A stretch of DNA of 64,000 bases, taken from the NCBI GenBank assembly GCA_963701025.1, contig OY969557.1, positions 442,042 to 506,041 of the forward strand, given 5' to 3'. The translations under genes were made by a program, and so were the position numbers. The stretch's first letter is position 1, and every line of letters begins with the position of its first letter. Below are positions 41,595 through 54,200 of the stretch, one piece after another. The notes under the pieces were generated by a model that was not told the DNA's origin, did not search any database, and was given only the letters and a program-made list of their open reading frames with translations. Source of the stretch: an uncultured bacterium (lineage in GTDB: Bacteria; Patescibacteriota; Minisyncoccia; Phycocordibacterales; PALSA-1337).

Positions 41595-42368
41595 TCACGT
41601 GACACGGAGGACGATGCCGGCGTAATTGTCATCCGATTTCTCCTTGCAGAGATCACTCAAGACGACAGTGGCTTTTGCGGCACTCATGCTCAAAAGACTC
41701 AAGAACGTCATGCCCGGGGAGAGCAACGCGTCCCACAAGCCGTCGGTGCCGACGACCAGAACCTCGCCTGGTTCGATGGATTCGTCGGTGCAGATCGACG
41801 GCTCATGTATGACTCCGGCTGATCGGAAACGACCGTCGCCGATGCTCCTGGTGAGCATCAAGGCACATTCGTCGCCGAGACACAGCTTGCCGAGACAGAC
41901 TTCAGCCTCGGGTATGCGCTTGAATGACTGTTTCGCCCGTTCCCGCTCGACCTCTACGGAGAATCGGTGCAAGGTCGTGATCTTCGCTGTCCTGGAAGGA
42001 TCCTTTGAGATCCGATGAACCTCGACATCTCCGACATTCGCCGAACACATCTTATAATCCGATATACGGATGACGGTCGCGGCAACGCCTGTGCGTTCTC
42101 CGAATGATTCATCGACGGCTTTATCAAGCTCGGCGAAAGCCGGGCCTGCGACGAGACCAAAGCCTTCGGGATCGCAAGACATAAAACGGACGGCTCGGCC
42201 GGCGATGCCTTTCAAGACCAGGTCGGCTGCTTTTTTGCCATTTTCCCCGTGTCCGTCGCATAGGAGCACGCAAATGCCGTCTTTGAAGTCAATGACCTTC
42301 ATCTGATCCTCCATCGTCGGTCGCTGTCCTTGGCCGAAAAACAAACCGCGTTCGATCTTCATTGTCAT
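41595..42368 (-). CDS. PP2C-family Ser/Thr protein phosphatase
   Basis: LLCDGHG, TDGLWD, DDNYAGIVL motifs. Confidence 0.8.
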   Translation of the reverse strand: MTMKIERGLFFGQGQRPTMEDQMKVIDFKDGICVLLCDGHGENGKKAADLVLKGIAGRAVRFMSCDPEGFGLVAGPAFAELDKAVDESFGERTGVAATVIRISDYKMCSANVGDVEVHRISKDPSRTAKITTLHRFSVEVERERAKQSFKRIPEAEVCLGKLCLGDECALMLTRSIGDGRFRSAGVIHEPSICTDESIEPGEVLVVGTDGLWDALLSPGMTFLSLLSMSAAKATVVLSDLCKEKSDDNYAGIVLRVT

Positions 42369-42454
42369 GAGCTTTCCCTTTCACATTGTTAAACTTTCAC
42401 ACTATTCAAGATGTTCGAAGGAAAGCTTACTCCTCTCTCTACTCAAAATCAATA

Positions 42455-44377
<1,923 letters not shown>

Positions 44378-44384
44378 GGTGTGA

Positions 44385-44469
44385 TTATATAGGCAAGCGA
44401 GGACTAATGGCAACTAGTTGACATAGAGTCCGAGCGAAGACTATATATGAGCGAAGCGATTATACATAA
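44385..44469 (-). promoter_or_regulatory. second copy of the pilM-type promoter module, upstream of ftsH
   Basis: gtgattatataggcaagcgaggact..caact.gtt.acatag.gt.cgagcgaagactatatatgagcg.agcg.ttata. Confidence 0.55.
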
Positions 44470-44541
44470 AAACGCCGCAAAAGAAAGAAAAATACCGCGC
44501 TGCCAATCAAGGTGCGCGGCGGTGAAAAAGAACAATGACCT

Positions 44542-45006
44542 TCATCCCGGTCTCAAGACATAGGAAGACGGAAAACGAGACGCTTTGAACTCGAGAGACC
44601 ACAGGCCGATACGACCGTACACACGCCGGTATTTCTTTTCCGGATGTTTCTCGCCGCAATTCTCGCAATCGCCGTCTTCGATGACGATATACCAGATGAG
44701 AAGATCCGCTTGTCCCATAGAAGGCTTGAGAGGGTCAGGCGGACAAGGCGGTGATACGAGCCATCCGAGTCCGACGAATCGCCAGGCGGGGTGGTCCGAG
44801 CACCGCGGATTTTTGATCGGAACATTGAAGCAATCCTTTTCAGCCATGGGTCCGATGACTGTTATGCGGCGTTTTTGCTTTTTTCCGCACTTCCGACAGT
44901 ATTTTGCGCTGTCTTCCTTGGGACGCGGGGGATACGGAGCAGGCTTATAAGAAGCCCTGTAATGCCAAGCCAACGGACTTTCCGGCGGCGGGGTTAGTTT
45001 TTCCAT
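44542..45006 (-). CDS. Cys-rich hypothetical protein (zinc-ribbon-like CxxC pairs)
   Basis: CRKCGKK ... CENCGEK. Confidence 0.5.
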   Translation of the reverse strand: MEKLTPPPESPLAWHYRASYKPAPYPPRPKEDSAKYCRKCGKKQKRRITVIGPMAEKDCFNVPIKNPRCSDHPAWRFVGLGWLVSPPCPPDPLKPSMGQADLLIWYIVIEDGDCENCGEKHPEKKYRRVYGRIGLWSLEFKASRFPSSYVLRPG

Positions 45007-45064
45007 AATTCATGTCTGGTTTTTTGCTTTTTGGAAAACAACAGTGATTTCGTTGAATAGAGTA

Positions 45065-45315
45065 TCATCAATACAGAAAAAGGTCAATCAGTGATAGGCA
45101 CGGATGAACTTGCAAAGACGAAGTACACACGCTATATTGAGTCCGAATCTCGCTGTTCATTCAAGGGTAGCATAGAGGTTTTGCTCGTGGCGTGGCATTG
45201 AACAGCGACCTGTATGTTGGTCGCGCCACTTTTACTGAGCGCCTCGGTGAAGGCGTATAAAACCTCGTCACCGGCTGGAGGGGTCGAAGCAAGTGCTTCG
45301 GCCCCCCTTATTGTT
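45065..45315 (+). ncRNA. candidate small RNA ending in an intrinsic terminator
   Basis: 10 bp stem TCGCTGTTCA/TGAACAGCGA, then GGGGTCGAAGCA..TGCTTCGGCCCC hairpin + TTATTGTT. No CDS. Convergent with tmRNA. Confidence 0.3.
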
Positions 45316-45332
45316 CATAGGCTGATCAAAGA

Positions 45333-45698
45333 TGGTGGAGATGCGCGGAATTGAACCGCGGTGCAATCGAAGTTAGGTCGGCTGATTCTACGACGGTAGT
45401 ATCATTTGAAGTTTAATAGCCGTGGTGAAAAATAATACAAAATACACAGCCACGATCTCTAAGTTTCGGAGAAGAGGAGTGAGAAGCTCCCCTGCCCTAC
45501 ATCCGGGTTATTACGCCCGCTCTAGCGTATGGATCCCGCTAGAGAGACGCGCCCTTATACAAGAGCGAATGCGAAGTCCTTTGCTCCGAAATACGGAGAA
45601 ACAGAAGATTTAGCAATTAGGATTTCCGGCGGATTTACGAGTCACTGGCGCTCGCGCCGCGCGGCCGAAAACTGACGATTGTCGATGCCTGTCATCCC
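45333..45698 (-). ncRNA. ssrA: tmRNA (ssrA)
   Basis: 5' GGGGATGACAGGCATCGACA pairs with 3' ...CCGCGGTTCAATTCCGCGCATCTCCACCA (tRNA-like domain with CCA). Immediately downstream of smpB. Confidence 0.85.
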
Positions 45699-45757
45699 CA
45701 AGTATGAATTGAGAGATTGGGAATTGAATATTGATCTCCAATTTCCAATACCAATCC

Positions 45758-46198
45758 TCAATTGTCTTTCAATGTCCTCCTCATCTCGCGGTCGCTCTCG
45801 CGCTTCTTGATCGACGTCCTTTTGTCGTATTTCTTCTTGCCACGGACGAGGGCTACCTGAACTTTGATGAGATTGCGCTTAGTATATATCGAAATTGGTA
45901 CTATTGTCAAGCCTTTGCCTGCGTTGGCGAAGCCGGCGATCTCCTTCTTCGAGAGCATGAGGCGGCGCGGCCGGCGCGGATCGTAGTCCTTCGGCGTATT
46001 CTTCTCCTGATACGGCGGCACGAGCATATTCTGGACGAACGCCTCGCCGCCACGGACGATGGCGTATGAGCCTTCGAGCGAGCCGCGCTTCAATTTCAAT
46101 GATTTCACTTCGAAACCGAGCAACTCGATGCCAGCCTCGAACGATTCGAGGATCTCGTAATCGAAGCGGGCCTTGGAGTAATCGATGAGGGTGGGCAT
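45758..46198 (-). CDS. smpB: SsrA-binding protein
   Basis: 146 aa SmpB with basic C-terminal tail. Confidence 0.9.
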   Translation of the reverse strand: MPTLIDYSKARFDYEILESFEAGIELLGFEVKSLKLKRGSLEGSYAIVRGGEAFVQNMLVPPYQEKNTPKDYDPRRPRRLMLSKKEIAGFANAGKGLTIVPISIYTKRNLIKVQVALVRGKKKYDKRTSIKKRESDREMRRTLKDN

Positions 46199-46217
46199 GA
46201 AGCAAGTATAACGGATA

Positions 46218-46238
46218 TTAGGTCAATTAGAAATTAAG
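46218..46238 (+). repeat. intergenic repeat copy 5
   Basis: ttaggtcaattagaaattaag. Confidence 0.6.
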
Positions 46239-46254
46239 AATTATACTTATTCCC

Positions 46255-47340
46255 ATGTCCCCTTCCCCCGTCTCCTGGACGCTCTACGCTTCGAACGAAG
46301 AAGTCTGGGCGGCCATACTGGCCGATTGCGCCGCAGCCAAAAAGTCGATCGTCCTGGAACAATACATATTCGTCAACGATGAATTCGGCAAGAAGCTGAT
46401 AGACGTATGCGTGGAACGGGCCGGGAAGGGCGTGCGCGTGCGTTTCCTCTGGGACGCCGAGGGCAGTTTCACTCTGTGGGGTTCGAATATCGCCGACGAC
46501 TTGAAGAAGAAATGCGTGGAGCTGGTTTTCTGGAAAACCCTGGTTCCTGATTACAGCAAAGTACCGAATTGGAAGTCATGGTTCCTGCGCAATCATCGCC
46601 GCACTTTGGTCATAGATGAAAAAATCGGCTACACAGGCAGCATGTGCGTATATGAAAAAATGAAAAACTGGCGCGACACCAATGTACGTTTGGAGGGTGG
46701 GGTCGTACGCGAGATGGAGAACGCTTTCGACAGGATGTGGGCCAGAGCGACGAAGACCCATAATATCATGCCCAAGCGCCTCAAGGTCCGAGATCCGGAA
46801 TTTAGATACATCACCAATTATCCCGCTCCCGGTCGACGCCACATATACACCGAGATGATCGAAGCGATAAGGTCAGCCAGACATTATATCTATGTAACGA
46901 CTCCGTATTTCGTCCCTACGCACAGATTGATCCGGGTCTTGCGCCTGGCCGCCCGGCGAGGCGTAGAGGTTAGACTCATCATTCCGCAGATATCGAATTA
47001 TTTCGCGGTTGACCTGGGCGCGCGTTCATATTTCAATACATTGCTCGAATCCGGCGTCCGTATCTTCCTGTATTCCGGCAACATGATCCACGCAAAGACC
47101 GCGGTCATCGACGGCGACTGGGCTACCGTAGGCACCATGAATCTGGATCGTATCAGTTTGCTCTACAACTTCGAGGCCAACATAGTCAGCTCCAATACAA
47201 AGTTTGCCGAGGAATTGGCGGCGCTCTTCGTCAGGGATATGGCTGAATCAAAAGAGGTTGATACCAAAAAATGGCACAACCGTTTCTTCGTGGAAAGAAT
47301 ACCGGAAATGCTCATCAGGCTGGTCAGGAAGTTCCTGTGA
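46255..47340 (+). CDS. cls: phospholipase D family protein (cardiolipin synthase-like)
   Basis: Two HKD-type motifs: HRRTLVID (K->R) and HAKTAVID. Confidence 0.7.
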   Translation: MSPSPVSWTLYASNEEVWAAILADCAAAKKSIVLEQYIFVNDEFGKKLIDVCVERAGKGVRVRFLWDAEGSFTLWGSNIADDLKKKCVELVFWKTLVPDYSKVPNWKSWFLRNHRRTLVIDEKIGYTGSMCVYEKMKNWRDTNVRLEGGVVREMENAFDRMWARATKTHNIMPKRLKVRDPEFRYITNYPAPGRRHIYTEMIEAIRSARHYIYVTTPYFVPTHRLIRVLRLAARRGVEVRLIIPQISNYFAVDLGARSYFNTLLESGVRIFLYSGNMIHAKTAVIDGDWATVGTMNLDRISLLYNFEANIVSSNTKFAEELAALFVRDMAESKEVDTKKWHNRFFVERIPEMLIRLVRKFL

Positions 47341-47391
47341 CAAGGCCTTGCGGATAAGTCCTCGTCATGCTATAAATAACCCCTGTAATCA

Positions 47392-47898
47392 TTGATGAAA
47401 GCACGTATCAATCACCAGATAAAGGCGCCCGAATTGCGCGTCGTCACCGCGGAAGGCGAGAATCTCGGCGTCATGCCCACGGACAAGGCGCTCGCGGAAG
47501 CCAGGAACCGGGACCTCGACTTGATCGAGATATCCCCGAACGCGGCGCCTCCAGTGGCCAAGATAATGGATTACGGCAAGTATCAGTACGATGAAAAGAA
47601 GAAGTCCAAAGTAGCCAAGACCAGGACCAAGACGAGCGAGCTCAAGACTGTCCAAGTCAAGATAGGCACCGGCGAGCACGACCTTGAGCTCAAGGCCAAA
47701 CGCGTATCCGAGTGGCTCGGCGAAGGCAACCGGGTCAAGATCGACCTCTATCTGGTCGGCCGTTCCAAGTACATGGACTTCAATTTCTTGAAAGAGCGCC
47801 TGGAAAGGATATACAAGCTCATCAGCGTCGAATTCAAGGTCGCCCAGGAAGCGGTAAAAGGACCTAAGGGGTTGACGGTTTATGTGGAGAAAAAGTAA
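47392..47898 (+). CDS. infC: translation initiation factor IF-3
   Basis: Conserved IF3 N and C domains. Heads the infC-rpmI-rplT operon. Confidence 0.9.
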   Translation: MMKARINHQIKAPELRVVTAEGENLGVMPTDKALAEARNRDLDLIEISPNAAPPVAKIMDYGKYQYDEKKKSKVAKTRTKTSELKTVQVKIGTGEHDLELKAKRVSEWLGEGNRVKIDLYLVGRSKYMDFNFLKERLERIYKLISVEFKVAQEAVKGPKGLTVYVEKK

Positions 47899-47907
47899 CA
47901 AAATTTT

Positions 47908-48099
47908 ATGTCAATAAAAACCACGAAGTCATACGCCAAGCGCCTGAAGGTCACCCGCAACGGCAAGATTCTCGCGCGCAAGCCAGGCCAGAATCATTTC
48001 AACGCCAAGGAGCGTAGCCGGACGAGCTCGAATAAGCATCGCATGCAGTCTATAAAAATGGGCGCCAAAGATATGGGGCGCTTCCTACCGAATCTCTAA
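47908..48099 (+). CDS. rpmI: 50S ribosomal protein L35
   Basis: 63 aa basic protein, operon context. Confidence 0.85.
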   Translation: MSIKTTKSYAKRLKVTRNGKILARKPGQNHFNAKERSRTSSNKHRMQSIKMGAKDMGRFLPNL

Positions 48100-48117
48100 T
48101 ATATAAATTAAACTAAC

Positions 48118-48468
48118 ATGACCCGCGTAAAGAAATCCGTCAATGCCCTGAAGAACCGCCGCAATGTCCTGCGTCAAGCCAAAGGCTTCCGCTTCCGCCG
48201 CTCGAATACCGAACGCGCCGCCAATGAAGCCCTGGCTCATGCCGGAGCCTATTCGTTCGCCCACCGCCGCGACAAGAAAGGCGATTTCCGCCGTCTCTGG
48301 AACGTCAAGATAAACGCGGCCCTGCGCCCGCTCGGCTTCACTTACTCCAAGTGGATCGGCGTGGCCAAGAAGAAAGGTATCGCTCTGGACCGCAAAGCTT
48401 TGGCTCACCTAGCCGAATTCAAGCCCGAGACTTTCAAGAGGATCGCGGAGTCGGTGAAACAAGGCTAG
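48118..48468 (+). CDS. rplT: 50S ribosomal protein L20
   Basis: MTRVKKSVNALKNRR ... typical L20. Confidence 0.9.
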   Translation: MTRVKKSVNALKNRRNVLRQAKGFRFRRSNTERAANEALAHAGAYSFAHRRDKKGDFRRLWNVKINAALRPLGFTYSKWIGVAKKKGIALDRKALAHLAEFKPETFKRIAESVKQG

Positions 48469-48528
48469 GAAGATTATCAATTGGACCGATAATACATCGG
48501 TGTACCTCGTTGGTATGTCTGTTGACGT

Positions 48529-48560
48529 GCCCAAAATTTCCCCCTAGCTACAGCTAGGGC
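48529..48560 (-). terminator. hairpin CCCTAGCT..AGCTAGGG + GGAAATTTTGGG (minus strand)
   Basis: Palindrome downstream of the MBL-fold gene. Confidence 0.35.
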
Positions 48561-48767
48561 AAAAACAGATACCTTCAGACAGGCGTCTTCCCCTTTGGTA
48601 TCTTTCTACGTACCAATAGTAAGATCACAATAAACAAATTTGTTACTACCAAACAAGCCATGAATAAATATGCGGAGTTGTCTTTTTACGAAAAATGTCC
48701 CTCAGATAAGGAATGAATGATATCAATCCTGCAACAACCGCAAATATTCCAAATAACGCCTTAAAAT

Positions 48768-50129
48768 TCATAACCGATATTGCCTCAACCGCTCCGGCAC
48801 TATGGCCTTCACGCCCGCTTCGTCATTGATGCGCTGGACCAGATGCATCGAGGCGCCCGGCTCGCCCATAACGACGAAGACCCGTTTTAACCTGTCCGTA
48901 GCCGTTGAGACAAACTCAACTAGGTGATCCCCATCTTTATGCGCTGAATAACCGTATAATGTTTCGATTTTTGCCTTGACCGCGATATTCTCGCCATGGA
49001 TGCGGACCTTTTTTGCTCCGTCGGCCAATTCCCTGCCGAGCGAGCCGGCGGCCTGATAGCCGACAAGAAGTATGGTGCTTCGTGGATCGGGCAGAAAATG
49101 TTGTTCGTGGCTTATGATGCGGCCGCCGACGGACATGCCAGAACCGGCCAATATGATCTTGGCTCCTTTGAAACGGTCTATACCGCGCGATTCGCTTTGA
49201 GTTTCTACGAACGTTAGGTGCGGAAATGAGAATAGGTCGTCGCCGGAAGCGATCTCGGCCTTGGCAGTGTCATTGAAAAGGGCTTCGCTCCCCTTGTATA
49301 TGGCCGTGACTTTTTCCGCCAATGGCGAATCGAAATAGACCGGCACGGACGGTATCCTCTTGTCTTTGACCAGATTGTTGAGCTCATAGAGCAGGACCTG
49401 ACTCCTGTCAACGGAGAAAGCGGGGATGACGAGCGTGCCGCCGCGGCTTAAGGCTTCTTTGATGATCTTCTCGAACTGCGGCAATCTCGTCTCGCGCGGA
49501 TCGTGGTTGCGGTCTCCGTAGACGCTTTCCATGACCAGGTAGTCGACGTCACCGACCGGTTCGGTGTCGCGGAGCAAGGGAGCGGGCGAATTGCCGAGGT
49601 CGCCTGTGAATAAAATCTTTTCGCCACCGGTCGTTACTTCTACCATGGACGAGCCGAGGATATGCCCCGCGTCTTTCAAGAAAATAGAGACTTCTTCGCT
49701 TATCTTGAAACTCTCGTGATACGGAACGGTCTTCCATAGCGGAAATACGCGCGCGACATCGGCGGCGACATAAATCGGTTCGCGGCCGTCTTCCCGGGCT
49801 TCTCCGGCGAGGATGCCGACCGCGTCATTCAGGACCAATTCGGCCAGCGCGCGCGTCTCCGGTGTTGAATAGATCGTTCCTTTGAAGCCGTCTTTGACCA
49901 GCTTGGGGATGCGGCCGACGTGATCCAGGTGGGCATGAGTGACGATGAGCGCCGAGATCGAGCCAGTATCATAAGGAAAATCCTCACGATTGGTTTCTTC
50001 GGCCACACGCTCGCCTTGGACCATGCCACAGTCGATGAGGATCTTGGTGCCGCCGGTTTCCAGAAGAAAATTGGCGCCCGTGACGGTGCCGACGCCGGTT
50101 ATGAAGGTGAGCTTGGCCGCTTCAGACAT
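48768..50129 (-). CDS. MBL-fold beta-CASP ribonuclease (RNase J/CPSF-like)
   Basis: HAHLDHVG motif, beta-CASP and C-terminal RNA-metabolising MBL domain, 453 aa. Confidence 0.7.
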   Translation of the reverse strand: MSEAAKLTFITGVGTVTGANFLLETGGTKILIDCGMVQGERVAEETNREDFPYDTGSISALIVTHAHLDHVGRIPKLVKDGFKGTIYSTPETRALAELVLNDAVGILAGEAREDGREPIYVAADVARVFPLWKTVPYHESFKISEEVSIFLKDAGHILGSSMVEVTTGGEKILFTGDLGNSPAPLLRDTEPVGDVDYLVMESVYGDRNHDPRETRLPQFEKIIKEALSRGGTLVIPAFSVDRSQVLLYELNNLVKDKRIPSVPVYFDSPLAEKVTAIYKGSEALFNDTAKAEIASGDDLFSFPHLTFVETQSESRGIDRFKGAKIILAGSGMSVGGRIISHEQHFLPDPRSTILLVGYQAAGSLGRELADGAKKVRIHGENIAVKAKIETLYGYSAHKDGDHLVEFVSTATDRLKRVFVVMGEPGASMHLVQRINDEAGVKAIVPERLRQYRL

Positions 50130-50439
50130 ATGCGTGTTTCATTATAGGTGAGAATGGGGCAATAACCAAGAAAAATCCTGGATTGAAAAACACCTGCTCC
50201 GCCAGTCGGCGTACAGATGTCCTTCAAGGATTGCGAAAGTATATAACCTGGATATACCAGGTGGGATGCCTCACCCCGAACGCCAAGGCGCCGGAGAATG
50301 TGAACACGAGTGTTCGTCGGCTTCCCGTTTTAAATTGTTATAGGGTTTTACTTTCGCAACCTGACTTAATTGTAAACCTCTCGAAGCGCAATGCAAGGGT
50401 GCACAAGCGTTCCAACATTTTTTTGACAGACAGACAACA

Positions 50440-51048
50440 TCATTCCAGAATGCCCTTCCAATCGACGTCGTAGAGTATCTTTTCCTGAACGGTCTTGTAT
50501 TTCATCAGTTCTTCCGGCTTGAACCAGTGTTTGATCTCGTCATTCGCCTCTTTGACGGATCCGGAGGCGTGGACGACGTTGCGCATGGCTCGACCGTCAT
50601 TGTCCGACATCTGATATGAGTCAAGAACGAAATCCCCGCGGATAGTGCCGACATCCGACATGAGAGGTTCCGTGCCGCCGACGAGCTTGCGGACGATCGG
50701 CACGGCATAGGCACCCTCGAGCACGATGGCTACTATTGGACCGGCCGTCAAATATGAAACGAGGTTTTTGAGGATGCGCGCGGTGAGTTCATGAGGATCG
50801 TTCGATGGAGGCACGAGACCCTTGCTTACATAGCCTTTTATGGACTTCTCACCAGTTATGCGACGCCATTCAGGATCAAGAGTATAGTGTTTTTCTATGA
50901 GTTCCGGCGTAGCCATCATCATCTTCATGGCGACGAGCTTGAGGCCAACGCGCTCAAAGCGACCGATGACTTCGCCGATGAGACCGCGCTGTATGCCGTC
51001 AGGCTTTATGATGAGGAGTGTGCGCTCGTGCTTGGGATGGGACTTCAT
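50440..51048 (-). CDS. ndk: nucleoside diphosphate kinase (with insertions)
   Basis: LLIIKPDG, NVVHASGS active-site His. Confidence 0.7.
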   Translation of the reverse strand: MKSHPKHERTLLIIKPDGIQRGLIGEVIGRFERVGLKLVAMKMMMATPELIEKHYTLDPEWRRITGEKSIKGYVSKGLVPPSNDPHELTARILKNLVSYLTAGPIVAIVLEGAYAVPIVRKLVGGTEPLMSDVGTIRGDFVLDSYQMSDNDGRAMRNVVHASGSVKEANDEIKHWFKPEELMKYKTVQEKILYDVDWKGILE

Positions 51049-51095
51049 ATGAAGGATACATCATACAGGGAGCGGACCATTAGGACAAGATGACT

Positions 51096-52838
51096 CTAAT
51101 GAAACAGATTGTTGAACCAATCGACGATAGCATTCCAAACACTAGCAGTTGCCGCAGTTGTATGAATCATGGATGTTGTTTGAATCGAGCAGGTATGATC
51201 CGTTGTATTGAGCGCATAACCAGATGGGCATGAATACGCAGCCCTAGCCGGTGCAGTGGTCGTCGATGCTGCCGATGTCATGGAGCATGTATTATTCGAC
51301 ATCAAACCATATCCCGTCGGAGTCGGGCACGATTTGGAAGCGATGGCAGAAATCGTGCTCGTCTGACCGCCTATCACAGTTATGCAGGACTCTCCGGAGA
51401 GAGTGGCCCCGGTCGAACATGAGTATGTGACCGTGGCTGGCACAGTTATTGTCGTCGGTTGCGTCGACGATGATGCAGTCGGTTGTGTCGGTGCGGGTGC
51501 GGGTGATGCAGTTGCGGTTGTCGTCGAAGTCGCCGTGCTTGCGGGCGGAGTCGGAACTGTCGTGGTCGTCGCGACTGGAGCCGTCGGAGCCGTCAGCGCG
51601 GTGTCGAGCGTAGGAGCCTCTGGAGCCAATATCTGAACCGGCGGAGGCGACGCCGTCATAGCTCGGGGCGTCATAACACAGACAGCGGTGCTCGTCGCGG
51701 AGATGTTCAACGGATTGATCGACGCTGACGCGGCAAAGCAATAATTCGTCGAAGCGGACGGGCCGGTTGTCTGATACGACATGACGGCCGCGGTGACAAG
51801 AAGCATCCGGATCGATGGGGACGTTTGGGCCAAAGTATATCCGGATATGAGCGCGGAATCGCTGTCAGTCCACGAGATGTTGATCTGGCCGGATGAATTG
51901 ACGCTGGCCGTCAACACGGGAGCGGCCGGAGCGCCGAGAGTCAACAGATATGCGATCGGCGAATATGCCGAATATGTGCCGTCGGCGTACTGCACGCGCA
52001 CGCGATATTGATAATATATCGACGGAGCCAGACCGGTATCGGTGTATGATGCCGTATGCGCCGGCAGGCTGGCTATTTGCGATTGATAATATATCGACGG
52101 AGCCAGACCGGTATCGGTGTATGATGCCGTATGCGCCGGCAGGCTGGCTATTTGCGCTCCGTACGGCGCTCGTTCCACAAGGGCTGCACTCTCGACGGGA
52201 GAATTATCCGTCCATGTGAGAGTTCCGCCTCCTTTCACCTTCGCTACTGCCGTAAGCCCGGAAGGCGCTCCGGAAGCGGTCGTCGCGCACACCGGCGCGG
52301 TGGCCGCCGAACCGTTCACTGGATTGACGTATGACTGGACGGCGAAGCAGTACTTGGTGCCGGGCGAAAGGTTGGCGGTGTAGTACGTTCGAGCCGAGTA
52401 ATTCGCGACTGGTGATGACGGTACGGTGGCGAGAGAGGTGGAAGCGGGAGAGACTTCCGAGACCGCGTAGGAAGCGATGCCGGCGTCATAGTCGTACCAG
52501 GTGAGACCAATGGCTGACGAAGTGGTGGCGGAGGCGGAGAGAGATGGGGTGGAAGACTTGGCCGTCGTCACGGTCGTGGTAGCGGCATATGGTCCGTATC
52601 CCAATAACCCATATTGCAGGCGAACATTGTAGTAATAGGTAGTCGAGTTAGGAAGGCCTGTGTCAGTGTATGTCGTGCTCGTGGCTGTGCCAATGGAGGA
52701 ATATCCGGATGATTGAGAGGTCGAACGCTCGACATCGATACCTGTTATACCGGTCGCTCCGTTGTTGCTCCAAGTGAGCCTGACCTGGCCTTGGGTCGCA
52801 TTGGAAGATGTGAGACTGGTAGGTGTAGTGGAACTAAA
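51096..52838 (-). CDS. FN3-repeat segment of giant surface protein (continuous with 52745-54200 after a 1-nt shift)
   Basis: VRLTWSNN...YYYNVRL and YQYRVRV fibronectin-III signatures, T/S/P-rich linkers. Perfect 75 bp tandem duplication at 52006-52155. Confidence 0.6.
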   Translation of the reverse strand, partial: FSSTTPTSLTSSNATQGQVRLTWSNNGATGITGIDVERSTSQSSGYSSIGTATSTTYTDTGLPNSTTYYYNVRLQYGLLGYGPYAATTTVTTAKSSTPSLSASATTSSAIGLTWYDYDAGIASYAVSEVSPASTSLATVPSSPVANYSARTYYTANLSPGTKYCFAVQSYVNPVNGSAATAPVCATTASGAPSGLTAVAKVKGGGTLTWTDNSPVESAALVERAPYGAQIASLPAHTASYTDTGLAPSIYYQSQIASLPAHTASYTDTGLAPSIYYQYRVRVQYADGTYSAYSPIAYLLTLGAPAAPVLTASVNSSGQINISWTDSDSALISGYTLAQTSPSIRMLLVTAAVMSYQTTGPSASTNYCFAASASINPLNISATSTAVCVMTPRAMTASPPPVQILAPEAPTLDTALTAPTAPVATTTTVPTPPASTATSTTTATASPAPAPTQPTASSSTQPTTITVPATVTYSCSTGATLSGESCITVIGGQTSTISAIASKSCPTPTGYGLMSNNTCSMTSAASTTTAPARAAYSCPSGYALNTTDHTCSIQTTSMIHTTAATASVWNAIVDWFNNLFH

Positions 52839-54200
52839 TTACATGTCGTACCTGAAAGAGCATACCCTGCCGGACAAGCGTATTTCATGATCGCCAACGA
52901 TGTCGGGAGGGTACTACAGGTATTATTAGACGACAGGGCGTAGACTATGTAAGCGGTGTTGGGACATGAATAAGTAGCTGTGGCCGGTGTGGAAGTCGCC
53001 GAAGATATTCCCCCGCCAATGAGGTTGCATGTATTGCCTGATGGAGCATACCGATTATCAGGACATGTGTATCCGAGCACTGTCGCCAATGAAGTCGGGG
53101 TCGTGTTGCATGTATTCGATGATGAAAGGCTGTATATAGCGTAGCTGGTGGATGGACATTTATAGACGCTAGTGGCTGGCATGGTAATGGCAGTCGGAGC
53201 CCCTCCGTTCAAATTACATGTCGTACCGGAAAGCGTGTAGTTGCTGTCGGTGCACACGTATCCGAGTACATTGGCAAGCACAGTCCCATTAGCGCCGCCA
53301 TTGCACGTATTCGAGGATGTGAGACCATAAATGAAACCATTACCAACAGGACAGGCATATACGACAGTTGCGGGCTTACTAGTCGCCGTTGTGACTCCGC
53401 CATTGATGAGATTGCATGCCTTGCCTGACGGAGCATAGCGAGTATCAGAGCAGGTATAGCCTAATACCGACGCAAGAGTGAATTGTTGTGATGCATTTAG
53501 AGGAACGCAGACGTCTGATTGGATGATGGTCGCCGTACCGGTAGGACATGTGTACATGGTCGTGGCTGGTTCAACGATGGGTGATGGCGTTGCGTTGATA
53601 AGACATGTCGTGCCGGAAAGCGTATAGTTTGTGTCAGGACAGCTGTATCCGAACGCTACGGCTGGTATTATTGGTTTGCTGGTATCTATCTGACCAGAGC
53701 TAGTATATGGGGTGCATGTGTTTGACGACGAGCTGAATCCATAAATGAAACCATTACCAACAGGACAGGCATATACGACAGTTGCGGGCTTACTAGTCGC
53801 CGTTGTGACTCCGCCATTGATGAGATTGCATGCCTTGCCTGACGGAGCATAGCGAGTATCAGAGCAGGTATAGCCTAATACCGACGCAAGAGTGAATTGT
53901 TGTGATGCATTTAGAGGAACGCAGACGTCTGATTGGATGATGGTCGCCGTACCGGTAGGACATGTGTACATGGTCGTGGCTGGTTCAACGATGGGTGATG
54001 GCGTTGCGTTGATAAGACATGTCGTGCCGGAAAGCGTATAGTTTGTGTCAGGACAGCTGTATCCGAACGCTACGGCTGGTATTATTGGTTTGCTGGTATC
54101 TATCTGACCAGAGCTAGTATATGGGGTGCATGTGTTTGACGACGAGCTGAATCCATAAATACCGGCGGGGCATCTGTAGACGGGTGTTGCAGCTGCTGAC
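52745..54200 (-). CDS. Cys-rich repeat segment (Y.CP.GY.LSGTTC units) of giant surface protein
   Basis: Repeated CPxG...C modules. Two identical 414 bp tandem copies at 53326-53739 and 53740-54153. Confidence 0.6.
53326..54153. repeat. 2 x 414 bp perfect in-frame tandem duplication
   Basis: 'cataaatgaaaccattacca...' recurs at 53326, 53740 and 54154 (period 414 = 138 codons). Confidence 0.8.
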
